This document shows, piece after piece, positions 45,186-55,817 of a stretch of 56,911 nucleotides of DNA; within the stretch, counting starts at the first letter, position 1, and each line of letters begins with the position of its first letter. The stretch covers positions 1 to 56,911 of the IMG/VR virus record IMGVR_UViG_3300023179_000128, one strand, 5' to 3'. Both the position numbers and the translations under genes were made by a program. The DNA comes from a virus (lineage: Duplodnaviria > Caudoviricetes). A model generated the notes under the pieces. It was not told the DNA's origin. It made no database searches and saw only the letters and a program-made list of their open reading frames with translations.

Positions 45186-47060
45186 ATGGCAAATGTACCT
45201 GATATAAAATACTTTGATAAAGATTTTAATTCCTTAAAACAGGATTTAATCAATTATGCTAGAACATATTTCCAAAACAGTTATATGGACTTTAGTCCAT
45301 CTGCTCCTGGTAATATGTTTATAGAAATGGCTGCTTATGTAGGTGATGTTTTATCATTTTATACAGATACTCAGTTACAAGAAACATTATTATTATACGC
45401 TCAAGAACGTAAAAATATCATTGCTTTAGCTTACGCATTAGGTTACAGACCTAAAGTAACAACAGCTGCATCTGTAATATTAGATATATTTCAATTGATA
45501 CCTTCAGATGGAGCTCCTAATTATAATCCAAATTATAGTTATGCTTTAAAAGTAAATAAAAATTCTACTATTAAATCAATATCAAATCCTGATATTACAT
45601 TCTTAACCCAAGATTCAGTTGATTTTAAATTTTCATCATCATTTGATCCAACTGATGTTACAGTTTATCAATATTATACAAGTACAACCAATCCACAATA
45701 TTATTTACTTAAAAAACAAGTAGAAGCAATATCAGGACAAATTAAAACAACAACGTTCACATTTGGTAATCCTGAACAATTTCCTACAGTTACTATTAGT
45801 GATTCAAATATTATTGAAGTATTACAAATAACAGATAGTAGTAATAATACATGGTATGAAGTACCTTATTTAGCTCAAGATACTATATTTGATGAATCAC
45901 TTAACTTACCAGTGAACGAACCTAATTATTACAATCAAGATAATGCTGCTCGTTTCTTATTACGTTTAAAAAAAGTAGATAGACGTTTCACAACACGTTT
46001 TGATGATGATAATAATTTAATATTAGAATTTGGTAGTGGAGTTACTTCATCACCAGATGAAGTTATTATTCCTAATCCTGACAATGTAGGTATAGGATTA
46101 GTAGATGGAATTAGTAAGTTAAATATGGCTTATGATCCATCTAACTTTCAATATACAAATGAATATGGTGTTGCCCCTTCAAACACTACTTTAACAGTAT
46201 CTTATTTAGTAGGTGGAGGCTCAACATCAAATTTACCTTCAGACGATATTGGATTAAATGATAATGTCTCTACTGTTATTAATAATTATAATTTAGATCC
46301 TACTATTGTTAATATAGTTCAAGGTTCAGTTAGATTTAATAATCCAACCCCTTCATCAGGTGGAGGACCAGGTGAGACAACAGAACAAATTCGTTTACAA
46401 GCATTAGCTAATTTCCCAACTCAAAATAGAAATGTTACTAAAGCTGATTATTTAGTTCGTGCTTTATCTATGCCCGCTAAATTTGGTTATATAAGTAAAG
46501 CTTATGTGGCACAAGATTATTTAGTGTCAAATGATATTGATAAACAAAATTTTATAAATAGTAATCCATTAGCAATCTCAGTATATGTTTTATCAAATAA
46601 TATTGATGGTAATATAACTCAAGCGTCTAATGTTGTTAAACAAAACTTAAAAACATACTTATCATATAATAAAATGATGAGTGATGCTGTTAATATTAAA
46701 GACGCATATTATATTAATATAAAAGTTAATTTTGACATATCTATATTACCAGCTTATAACTCACAAGATGTATTATCTAGTTGTATCAATGTTTTAAAAG
46801 ACTATTTTAATATAGTTAAATGGCAAATTAATCAACCAATTATTTATTCAGATGTATATAACTTAATAGGCGCTGTTAAAGGTGTTCAATCGGTTATTAA
46901 AGTAGATCTAACTAACTTATCAGGTGGTAATTATTCAACTTATAGCTATGACTTAAAATCAGCAACAAAACAAGGTGTTATTTATCCATCATTAGATCCA
47001 ATGATCTTTGAAGTAAGATTCCCTGATGATGATATTTATGGTAAAATTGTAACTTATTAA
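45186..47060 (+). CDS. gp6: Baseplate wedge subunit (gp6-like)
   Basis: KDFNSLKQDL...AYVGDVLSFY, LEFGSG, QNRNVTKADY. Confidence 0.88.
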   Translation: MANVPDIKYFDKDFNSLKQDLINYARTYFQNSYMDFSPSAPGNMFIEMAAYVGDVLSFYTDTQLQETLLLYAQERKNIIALAYALGYRPKVTTAASVILDIFQLIPSDGAPNYNPNYSYALKVNKNSTIKSISNPDITFLTQDSVDFKFSSSFDPTDVTVYQYYTSTTNPQYYLLKKQVEAISGQIKTTTFTFGNPEQFPTVTISDSNIIEVLQITDSSNNTWYEVPYLAQDTIFDESLNLPVNEPNYYNQDNAARFLLRLKKVDRRFTTRFDDDNNLILEFGSGVTSSPDEVIIPNPDNVGIGLVDGISKLNMAYDPSNFQYTNEYGVAPSNTTLTVSYLVGGGSTSNLPSDDIGLNDNVSTVINNYNLDPTIVNIVQGSVRFNNPTPSSGGGPGETTEQIRLQALANFPTQNRNVTKADYLVRALSMPAKFGYISKAYVAQDYLVSNDIDKQNFINSNPLAISVYVLSNNIDGNITQASNVVKQNLKTYLSYNKMMSDAVNIKDAYYINIKVNFDISILPAYNSQDVLSSCINVLKDYFNIVKWQINQPIIYSDVYNLIGAVKGVQSVIKVDLTNLSGGNYSTYSYDLKSATKQGVIYPSLDPMIFEVRFPDDDIYGKIVTY

Positions 47061-47069
47061 AATTAAAAT

Positions 47070-47663
47070 ATGAAATTAGATAAATTAAAAGGACACGTTC
47101 CAGACTCAGTTATTAGCCAGATTCCTGAAGTAATGCAAAAATTTGGCATTGATACACCAGTTGAATTAGCTCACTTTTTAGCTCAATGTGGTCACGAATC
47201 AGGTGGTTTTAAAGTAGTTAATGAAAACTTAAATTACAGTACTAAAGGATTAAACGGAATATTTAAAAAATATTTTCCAACAGCTCAATTAGCTGAAGCA
47301 TATCAAAGACAACCACAAAAAATTGCTAACAAAGTTTACGCAAATAGAATGGGTAATGGTAATGAGGCATCAGGTGAAGGATACAAATTCCGTGGTCGTG
47401 GTTATATCCAATTAACAGGTAAAGATAACTACACAGCATTTGGTAAAGCTATCAATGAAGATATAGCTGCTAATCCTGACTTAGTTGCCACAAAATATCC
47501 ATTATTATCAGCTGCTTGGTTCTTTAGTAAGAACTGCTTAGGCAAATGTAAAGATGCTTCTGACGCTTCTGTATTAGCTGTTACTAAATGCGTTAATGGT
47601 GGTACAATTGGTTTACCTGATCGTCAAAAACACTTTAAAGAATATCACGCATTGTTAGCTTAA
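47070..47663 (+). CDS. Endolysin, glycoside hydrolase family 19
   Basis: AHFLAQCGHESGGF, ENLNYS, FRGRGYIQLTG, VNGG. Confidence 0.92.
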   Translation: MKLDKLKGHVPDSVISQIPEVMQKFGIDTPVELAHFLAQCGHESGGFKVVNENLNYSTKGLNGIFKKYFPTAQLAEAYQRQPQKIANKVYANRMGNGNEASGEGYKFRGRGYIQLTGKDNYTAFGKAINEDIAANPDLVATKYPLLSAAWFFSKNCLGKCKDASDASVLAVTKCVNGGTIGLPDRQKHFKEYHALLA

Positions 47664-47679
47664 ATTTTATATTTAGCCC

Positions 47680-47688
47680 ATATTTATA
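47680..47688 (+). promoter_or_regulatory. Putative late promoter ATATTTATA
   Basis: Intergenic, before 47708. Confidence 0.55.
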
Positions 47689-47707
47689 CTAGAATAATAC
47701 TAATATA

Positions 47708-48829
47708 ATGGGCGTATACAAAATATTTCCTTCACAGGATACAACAATTTATACTGACTATAACACGTTGAATACGGGGTTAGATTCTATTCTAGACTTG
47801 TCTAAGAATATGTCTAACCTTTATCCTTCGTCATCTACTAGCCGTGTATTGATACAATTTAGTAATACTGATATTACTGATGCTATTTCTAAAATAACAG
47901 GTGGTTATACTGCATCTTTAAAATTATACAACGCTAACGTTGAAGGTATTCCAACCAACTTCAATATTAATGTCAATCCAGTATATGAAAGTTGGGACAT
48001 GGGAACCGGACGTTATGGTGAACAACCAGAACCTAATAATGGATGTAGTTGGAAGTATAGAAGTGCTAATCAAACAAACGCTTGGACTATAACTGGTTTA
48101 CCAGGTGGTGTAGCTTCTAATTATTTTTTAGCAAATGGTGGTGGTGCTAATTGGTATACTACTTATGGTGTTACTCAATCATTTAATTTCTTTTCAAATA
48201 AAGACATTGATATAAATGTAACATCAACTGTTAACGCTTGGGCTAGCAGCTCTATTGTTAACAATGGTTTCATTATAATGAATAGTACTTCATCTTCACC
48301 AACTGGTACTGGTTCATTTGAATTTGATCCTAGTTATGAATACACATTTAACTTTTTCTCAAGAGATACTAACACAATTTATCCACCTTGTTTGGAGTTT
48401 AAATGGAATGATAGTACCATTACCACGTCATCAGCCGCTGTAACAGTATCTAATGAAGAAATAAACATAGCAATTGCTAATAACAAAAATATATTCTACG
48501 ATAATGAATATGTAAGATTTAGAGTTTATGCTAGAGAAAAATATCCACAACGTGTTTATTCTTCTCAATCTCTTTATAAGTATAATAAAATATTACCTGT
48601 AGCTAGTACTTATTATTCACTCATTGATTTAACTACAAATAATATTGTAATTGATTTTGATAATATAGCAACTAAATTAAGTGCTGATGATACAAGTAGT
48701 TACTTTAGATTATATATGAATGGATTAGAACCAGATCGTTATTATAAAATACAAATTAAGTCTATCATTGATGGTGGTACTTACATTTATGATGATGATT
48801 ATTATTTTAAAGTAGAACAAACTGTTTAA
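47708..48829 (+). CDS. Virion structural protein
   Basis: Beta-rich S/T/N protein in baseplate module. Confidence 0.6.
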   Translation: MGVYKIFPSQDTTIYTDYNTLNTGLDSILDLSKNMSNLYPSSSTSRVLIQFSNTDITDAISKITGGYTASLKLYNANVEGIPTNFNINVNPVYESWDMGTGRYGEQPEPNNGCSWKYRSANQTNAWTITGLPGGVASNYFLANGGGANWYTTYGVTQSFNFFSNKDIDINVTSTVNAWASSSIVNNGFIIMNSTSSSPTGTGSFEFDPSYEYTFNFFSRDTNTIYPPCLEFKWNDSTITTSSAAVTVSNEEINIAIANNKNIFYDNEYVRFRVYAREKYPQRVYSSQSLYKYNKILPVASTYYSLIDLTTNNIVIDFDNIATKLSADDTSSYFRLYMNGLEPDRYYKIQIKSIIDGGTYIYDDDYYFKVEQTV

Positions 48830-48831
48830 TA

Positions 48832-49179
48832 ATGCCTGAACAAGTACAAATACAAAAAACTATTTATAGTTTACAAAGTTTTAATAATGTTATAGATACT
48901 AATTTCTCACAATTAGTTAATGTAGCCCCAACTAGTAAACCTATTACTCCAGATAAATCTGTAGCTGAGTTTTTTAATGATTATAATACATTATTTTATG
49001 ATATTCCTTTATCAGGTTCAGATGAATCTCATTTAGGTTTAGCTACAAGAAGTTTAGATTATTTAGGTATATCTTTAGAAGATTTACAAACAGAAATAAG
49101 TAATTTACGTGAAGATAATATTGACTTAAAAAATCAAATTTTAATATCTTCTCAAATTAATATAGGAACACAAATATAA
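48832..49179 (+). CDS. Hypothetical structural-module protein
   Basis: Packed ORF. Confidence 0.6.
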   Translation: MPEQVQIQKTIYSLQSFNNVIDTNFSQLVNVAPTSKPITPDKSVAEFFNDYNTLFYDIPLSGSDESHLGLATRSLDYLGISLEDLQTEISNLREDNIDLKNQILISSQINIGTQI

Positions 49180-49180
49180 T

Positions 49181-52100
49181 ATGGCTACAACAGTTTCAAA
49201 AATATTAAACAATAATAATATCCTATCAGGATCATCTTCTCAGTTAGTTGTAACTAGAAATATGGTTCGTAATTTTGGTTCTCCTGAAGACTATGTTGAA
49301 TTACATATAGCTGATCCCTCTGGAAAGACTATTTACTCAGTAGTTCCTTTTACTAATTATCAAATACCTGGTAATTTTCAGACAATAACTGAGATACAAG
49401 ATTTAGTATTTGATCCTGCTACTGATATAAAGAATTTAGGTATCCAATATGGTGATTATAATTTAACTTATAATATTTTAAGACCTAAAATTGATATATC
49501 ATTTAATCCAAGTTTATTTGTTAAAGAAATATCTGGTGATAGAACTGAGCTTAGATTAAGTACTAATAATATATCTAATAATGATGTTATAAATAATACC
49601 ACAACATTTATAAATGAATTCCAATCAACAGCTTATTTTAAAGAATTCTATTTAAATTTTGGTAAAAATATACTAATACCCGCAATTAATATTGCTTTAG
49701 ATTTAGGACCATCAACATTAAATGTTGTTGATAATTCTGTTGTATCTAATCCATCACAAGCAGCTACTATATTAATAAAATTATTAAATCCATTACCTTT
49801 AAATTATAAAGTTAATGACTTATTAAATATTGTTGATGAAATTTCTAATCCACAAGTATTTGATGTCAATGTAACAATTGACCCAGTTCCTGTAGTTTAT
49901 CCTACTTTACGTAATCCTAACTTTGATTTAGATTTAGATAATTTAAGAGTAGGACCTACTCCTTATTATAACTTTAATCAAATAACTACTTTTAGTGGTG
50001 CTTTTGCTCCTCAATTACAACAATTATTAGGACAATTAAGTGCTTCTAATTTTGCTATTAATGTTGATTATACTGATTATGAAAACTTTGTTCATTTCTC
50101 ATCTGCAGCTCGTAGAGTAGAAGGATTTAAATATAAGTTAAGTAATATTGAAACGTACGCTTCAGCATCTTCTTCAGCTGCGACAAGTACATCTCCAACT
50201 GCTCAACTTGACGCCCAATCATATCAAGCTAAAATAAATACAACAATTCAAAGTTTTGATGGTTGGGAACAATATTTGTATTATGAAACAGGCTCATATT
50301 CTTGGCCTAAACAAAATTCAACTAAACCATATATTATCCAATCAATAACCTCATCTGCTTCTCAGATTTGGTATAGTGGTAATTATAATTCAGCTTCATT
50401 ATACGATGATAATAATCAAAATTATATGTTATATACCTTACCAGGTTATATAGCTGAAAATGGAGATAATGAATTAGCATTTAAGTTTGTTGCTTCTGTA
50501 GGTCAAATGTTTGATGATGTTTGGATTCATATTAAAGCGATATCTGAATTATATCAAGCTAAAAACTCATTAACTGAAGGTATATCTAAGGATTTAGTGT
50601 ACTTTGCTTTACAGTCAATGGGTATTAATACTTATACTGATCAAGATGGTGATAATCAATTCCAATACTTGTATGGTGTAAATGAGAATGGTACTTATAA
50701 ACCCATAACAGGCTCTTATGAAACACTAATTAGTGCTTCTAATTATCAATTATCAGGACAAGATCAACAAAAAGGAATTTATAAACGTTTATACTCAAAC
50801 TTACCTTTATTACTTAAATCAAAAGGTACAACACGTTTTATTCAATATTTAAACACTATATTTGGTATTCCTGATACAGTGATGAGTTATACTGAATATG
50901 GTGGGGTAGATAAATTAACATCTTCATTTGAATATTCATATGATAGATTCACTTATGCTTTACAATCATCAGGATCAAATCGTATAACTATTCCTTGGAA
51001 TTATACTTCACAAAGTTTAACTAGGACAGGATATAATGACATTGTACCTAATGGTATTGAGTTTAGATTTAAAGCATACCCAACCGCATCAAATATATTA
51101 GCTACTACTTTTGCTACTCAATCTTTATTTTATAGTGGTTCAGTAATACAATTTAATTTATTATATAGAAATACAGGATCATCTGATTCTATATATTCAG
51201 GTAGTGTAGGAAATTTTGGATATTTCCAATTTAAATTAGGTGGATTATCAGTGACATCTTCTACTGTACCTATTTATAATACAGGTTCAAATAGTGATTC
51301 TGATAATGATACTGATTGGTATTCTGTATTAGTACAAAGAACAAAACCAGATTTAAGAATAGGAGATGTTAGTACTTCTCAAACATATACTTTTTATGTT
51401 AAGAATAATGTTTGGGGAGAAGTAGGACATGTAGCAAGTGCTAGTTTAACTACAGCTACAGCTGCTACTAACTCATTATGGTACCGTCAAGGAGCTATGA
51501 CTTTTTTAAGTGGTAGCAATCCATTTTCTGGTTCAATCCAAGAAATAAGATTATGGTCTAATTATATATCTGAATCAGCATTTGATTCACATGTATTAAA
51601 TCCTGAATCAATTGAAGGTAATTATACTTCATCCGCGTTTAATGATTTAGCAACTAGATTTACTTTAGGTAATAATCTATACACTTATAATCATAGTCTA
51701 ACAAGTAGTGTAGCATCAACACATCCAGATCAAAAAACTCAAATATTAAACGCTACATTTGCTAATTTTCCTAACAGAAATAACTATTCATCATTTACTG
51801 AAATATATTACGCTGATGTAGCTAATTCAGGATTTGCAAATCCAGTGACTGATAAAATTAGAATTATAAGTGGAAGTACTTATGGTACTCAATTATTACC
51901 TAATAAGAGTATTGAAATAACACCAATAACCCCATTAACTAAAGATATACATTTCCTTGACGCGAGTTTATCTCCACAAGATGAAATTGATAAAGATATT
52001 ATAGCACAGTTAGGTTCAACTTATGATATTGATCAAATAATAGGTGATCCAACTGGTAATGGATATCTTGAATTAGAAAAATTAAGAGAATCATATTTTA

Positions 52101-54058
52101 AAAAATATACAAAAAGAAACAATTATAAAGATTATATTCGTTTAATTGATTTCTTCCACAACTCATTATTTAGAACATTAGGTGATTTTACTCCGGCTAG
52201 AACAAATTTAGCAACAGGTATTATCATCAGACCTAACTTACTTGAAAGATCAAAATATGAAATTGAAGATCCACAAGTAGATTCTAACAATAACTTAACT
52301 GGTTCTATTGACTTACTTTCTATTACAGGAAGTAATGGTGGTGACTATACACAACCTACTTATAGTTATGATGTTAATACAAATGTAGGTCGTATATCAT
52401 TAACATCAGATGGTAGAGATTTCTTTTATGGAGAATTACCTAGCGCATCTATTAATGCTCATTTTACATCATCTAACCCATTTATTTATTTTAACTCAGA
52501 TAATACAAGTTCATTTTCATCATCAATATGGAATGTAAATTATAATCCATTATTAAATAATGTTGAATTAAATCAAACTTCAAGTATTAGACGTAAATTA
52601 ACTCTTATAGGCGGTAATGCTGGATTTGTTTCTGGTAGTCAATATATAAGTGAAAGTATTCAATTACAAGATTTCACTTACAAATACACACGTCATATAA
52701 ATGGAAGATATGAAGGATCTAAAACAACCAGTCAAACATATAACGCTTATTCAAGCGGTGACTTAACATTTGGTAAATCAGCAGCTATTGATACTAATAC
52801 TATACGTTTTGCTTTCTTCTCAGAAGCATACGCTACAGGATCTGATTTAATAGCGATGCCTGAACGTACTAATTTATATATTCGTTATTTAATTGATGTT
52901 AGTGGCTCATTAACTGAATTAACTAAACGTAATTATGATACATTAAAAGAAAATCAAAAAACTAATTTATACGAAGTACAAAGAATATTCAAATCAGGAG
53001 AAGTAGTGAATGTTGGTTTATTTGATAATCAAAATCCAACTAAACAAGTTGATTTAGATGGTAATAAACTTATATACCAAGGTGGATTTAAATATGAACC
53101 TGTTTTATGGAAACAATATGATAGTGCGTCTTTAACATATACTGTTAGTCCTTCTATTATTGCTACACAATCAAACGGGTATAATATTCAGGTAACAAAT
53201 GTTAATTATCAAAACTATAATAACCCTAATAACTATGGAGGTGGAGGTCCTTATGGAGTTGTTACTTTTGATATTTCAAACGCTGCCTCTTTAACTCTAA
53301 CAGGTAACGCTATTGTTACACTCCAATTTATTGTTGATATATATGGACAAGGTCCTCAAATTTATAATGTTAGTGTTACTATACCTCAAGGACAAACTTT
53401 TAGTAATCAATTTCTAATAACAGCAGAAGTAAACACTATCAACTCAGTTGGGGTAACTAATATAACACCTCCATCAGGTGGTTCTCCTTCACAGTTTATT
53501 TCTTCAATGCTTAATAGAACAGATTATACTCCAAATTTAAAACAACATTCTGCTACAGTAATATCATGTTCATACTCACAATCTATGTTTTTTGGTAATC
53601 TTAATTATCACTCATACGAATTTCAAGGTTCAACAACATTTGTGACAAGTTCTATTGATTATGGATTTGATTTAAATCCTGGAGACGTTGTTAGATTTGC
53701 CACACCAGGTACTATACCTATAGTATTTTTATATCCACAATTTGAATATACTATTATGAGTGTAAATAAACCAGTAGCATTTCCTAACGCTGGCTCTAAT
53801 TTTAAACATGTAACATTCACTATTGATAGACCTTTAGATTCAACCTTAGCTCTTCAAAATGGAGAAATTCCGCTTTATATATTTTCTCGTAAAATAGCCA
53901 ATGAAACAAATATAGTAATTGAACATACTAAACTTCCAGGTAGCACATCTGGTGGTATTGCTAAAAATACTAATCTAGCTGTTGACATTGATAATCAAGT
54001 AGCTAATATCACAAGTGAACTTAAGAGTAAAATATTTAGTACAGTTCTCATTCCATAA
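49181..54058 (+). CDS. Large baseplate/tail structural protein (1625 aa) with LamG-like region
   Basis: LLKSKGT...FGIP (gp7-like), FSGSIQEIRLW; context. Confidence 0.65.
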   Translation: MATTVSKILNNNNILSGSSSQLVVTRNMVRNFGSPEDYVELHIADPSGKTIYSVVPFTNYQIPGNFQTITEIQDLVFDPATDIKNLGIQYGDYNLTYNILRPKIDISFNPSLFVKEISGDRTELRLSTNNISNNDVINNTTTFINEFQSTAYFKEFYLNFGKNILIPAINIALDLGPSTLNVVDNSVVSNPSQAATILIKLLNPLPLNYKVNDLLNIVDEISNPQVFDVNVTIDPVPVVYPTLRNPNFDLDLDNLRVGPTPYYNFNQITTFSGAFAPQLQQLLGQLSASNFAINVDYTDYENFVHFSSAARRVEGFKYKLSNIETYASASSSAATSTSPTAQLDAQSYQAKINTTIQSFDGWEQYLYYETGSYSWPKQNSTKPYIIQSITSSASQIWYSGNYNSASLYDDNNQNYMLYTLPGYIAENGDNELAFKFVASVGQMFDDVWIHIKAISELYQAKNSLTEGISKDLVYFALQSMGINTYTDQDGDNQFQYLYGVNENGTYKPITGSYETLISASNYQLSGQDQQKGIYKRLYSNLPLLLKSKGTTRFIQYLNTIFGIPDTVMSYTEYGGVDKLTSSFEYSYDRFTYALQSSGSNRITIPWNYTSQSLTRTGYNDIVPNGIEFRFKAYPTASNILATTFATQSLFYSGSVIQFNLLYRNTGSSDSIYSGSVGNFGYFQFKLGGLSVTSSTVPIYNTGSNSDSDNDTDWYSVLVQRTKPDLRIGDVSTSQTYTFYVKNNVWGEVGHVASASLTTATAATNSLWYRQGAMTFLSGSNPFSGSIQEIRLWSNYISESAFDSHVLNPESIEGNYTSSAFNDLATRFTLGNNLYTYNHSLTSSVASTHPDQKTQILNATFANFPNRNNYSSFTEIYYADVANSGFANPVTDKIRIISGSTYGTQLLPNKSIEITPITPLTKDIHFLDASLSPQDEIDKDIIAQLGSTYDIDQIIGDPTGNGYLELEKLRESYFKKYTKRNNYKDYIRLIDFFHNSLFRTLGDFTPARTNLATGIIIRPNLLERSKYEIEDPQVDSNNNLTGSIDLLSITGSNGGDYTQPTYSYDVNTNVGRISLTSDGRDFFYGELPSASINAHFTSSNPFIYFNSDNTSSFSSSIWNVNYNPLLNNVELNQTSSIRRKLTLIGGNAGFVSGSQYISESIQLQDFTYKYTRHINGRYEGSKTTSQTYNAYSSGDLTFGKSAAIDTNTIRFAFFSEAYATGSDLIAMPERTNLYIRYLIDVSGSLTELTKRNYDTLKENQKTNLYEVQRIFKSGEVVNVGLFDNQNPTKQVDLDGNKLIYQGGFKYEPVLWKQYDSASLTYTVSPSIIATQSNGYNIQVTNVNYQNYNNPNNYGGGGPYGVVTFDISNAASLTLTGNAIVTLQFIVDIYGQGPQIYNVSVTIPQGQTFSNQFLITAEVNTINSVGVTNITPPSGGSPSQFISSMLNRTDYTPNLKQHSATVISCSYSQSMFFGNLNYHSYEFQGSTTFVTSSIDYGFDLNPGDVVRFATPGTIPIVFLYPQFEYTIMSVNKPVAFPNAGSNFKHVTFTIDRPLDSTLALQNGEIPLYIFSRKIANETNIVIEHTKLPGSTSGGIAKNTNLAVDIDNQVANITSELKSKIFSTVLIP

Positions 54059-54059
54059 C

Positions 54060-54068
54060 ATATTTATA
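54060..54068 (+). promoter_or_regulatory. Putative late promoter ATATTTATA
   Basis: Intergenic, before 54085. Confidence 0.55.
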
Positions 54069-54084
54069 TAAAACATATACACAG

Positions 54085-54753
54085 ATGTCATTTTTAAACA
54101 ACCAATTAGTAACAATTGACGCGGTTCTTACAAAGAAAGGCCGTGAGTTAATGGCTCGTAATGATGGTTCATTTCAAGTAACACAATTTGCATTAGCAGA
54201 TGATGAAATTGATTATACTCTATATAATCCAACACACCCATCTGGTTCAGCATTTTTTGGTGAAGCTATTGAACAAATGCCTTTATTACAAGCATTTACA
54301 GACGAGACTCAAAACTTAAAATATAAACTTGTAACACTTACTCGTGGAACAAGTAAACTACCAGTATTAAATGTTGGATACGCAGCTATTTCATTACGTC
54401 AAGCTGCTTCTATCAATATCACACCTCAAACATTAAATTATTTAGGTGCTGTTTCAACATTTGAACCTTCTGGTTATCAAATGACTGTGGGAGATTCAAG
54501 ATTCCTTAGTACATTCACAGGTACAGGTATTGATACAACTGGATTAAACATAACAAGCCCAATTCCAAACTCAGCTGGTTCTAGTTTATCAGCAAGTCAA
54601 ATTGGTACATCATTTAGTTTAATTGCAACAACAATTAATACTTTATTTGGTACAAATGCTTTACCTGGTGCTTCAATATCAACAACTATAACAGTAATTG
54701 GTAGAGACAGTGGTGCTAGAATTACTATACCTTTAACAATTATTAAAACCTAA
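54085..54753 (+). CDS. Baseplate/tail structural protein
   Basis: DAVLTKKGRELMAR...QFALADDEIDY. Confidence 0.6.
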   Translation: MSFLNNQLVTIDAVLTKKGRELMARNDGSFQVTQFALADDEIDYTLYNPTHPSGSAFFGEAIEQMPLLQAFTDETQNLKYKLVTLTRGTSKLPVLNVGYAAISLRQAASINITPQTLNYLGAVSTFEPSGYQMTVGDSRFLSTFTGTGIDTTGLNITSPIPNSAGSSLSASQIGTSFSLIATTINTLFGTNALPGASISTTITVIGRDSGARITIPLTIIKT

Positions 54754-54760
54754 TTAATAT

Positions 54761-55807
54761 ATGTCTTTTACAGCTTTCAACCCTGAAGACTCAGTAATAA
54801 GTTCAGATGCTACCATTGCCCCTATGTGGACAGGTGATGTGACTACGTTAACTACTTTTTTTACTAGTTCAACCCAAGAATCAGCAGCTCCTGGAAAATT
54901 CTATTTAGATGTTTACCAAACTGCTTCTGCTTTAAGTAGCGCTGAAGTTCAATTTTCAGTAGCGTATGGTCATATAAGTGGTTCAGGTTCAGCTTATTTT
55001 AATGCTTCTATACCATCTAAAACTCCTACAAGAGATATATATGGTCAATTTAGATCATTGATATACGGTGATGAAAATACTTCATTCACTTTTGGAACAT
55101 CAAATAATCCATCTAAAGATATTATTATAGTATCAATTAATAGAGCTCGTTTTAAAGAATCATTTAATCCTGGTTCATTAACACTTAGAATTACTAGTGG
55201 TAGTAACTCAATTACTTTAACTGACGATTCTACAGTAACAACTACTTCAACTTATATTGGTACATCTCGTGTTTATCAATTATTAAGCGGTTCATCTAAT
55301 AATGTGTCTTCTTCTAACTATACAGTTAGTGGATCTTATGGTTTAATGATTCCTGATGAAGGATTAATTATCTTAAACCCAAGAGCATTAGCTTTAGCAC
55401 CAGGTGCTTTAGGTGGTGTTAGTGCAGTATTCAATGAATTTAGTTCATCTCAAGTTTCAGATGCTAATTTAACTTATAATATTAACAATAGAATGATATA
55501 TACTATGATATCATCATCTGCTGTTACAACACCTACTTTTAGTTTACAAAACTATGAAACAATTTCTTCACGCTACTTCTTTGTTAGAGTAAAAAATGGT
55601 GATTATAATTATACAACTAACCCAACTATAATTGATTCAAACGGTAATTTATTATATACTCAATTAGTTTATAATCCACAAACTTATATCACATCTGTTG
55701 GTTTATATAACAGTGGTGGTGACTTAGTCGCTGTGGCTAAATTAAATAAACCATTAGTTAAAGATTTTACTAAAGAATTATTATTAAGAGTTAAATTAGA
55801 CTTCTAA
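54761..55807 (+). CDS. Baseplate/tail-fibre attachment structural protein
   Basis: C-terminal TYITSVGLYN..GDLVAVAKL.KP. Confidence 0.65.
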   Translation: MSFTAFNPEDSVISSDATIAPMWTGDVTTLTTFFTSSTQESAAPGKFYLDVYQTASALSSAEVQFSVAYGHISGSGSAYFNASIPSKTPTRDIYGQFRSLIYGDENTSFTFGTSNNPSKDIIIVSINRARFKESFNPGSLTLRITSGSNSITLTDDSTVTTTSTYIGTSRVYQLLSGSSNNVSSSNYTVSGSYGLMIPDEGLIILNPRALALAPGALGGVSAVFNEFSSSQVSDANLTYNINNRMIYTMISSSAVTTPTFSLQNYETISSRYFFVRVKNGDYNYTTNPTIIDSNGNLLYTQLVYNPQTYITSVGLYNSGGDLVAVAKLNKPLVKDFTKELLLRVKLDF

Positions 55808-55817
55808 TGTTACGCCC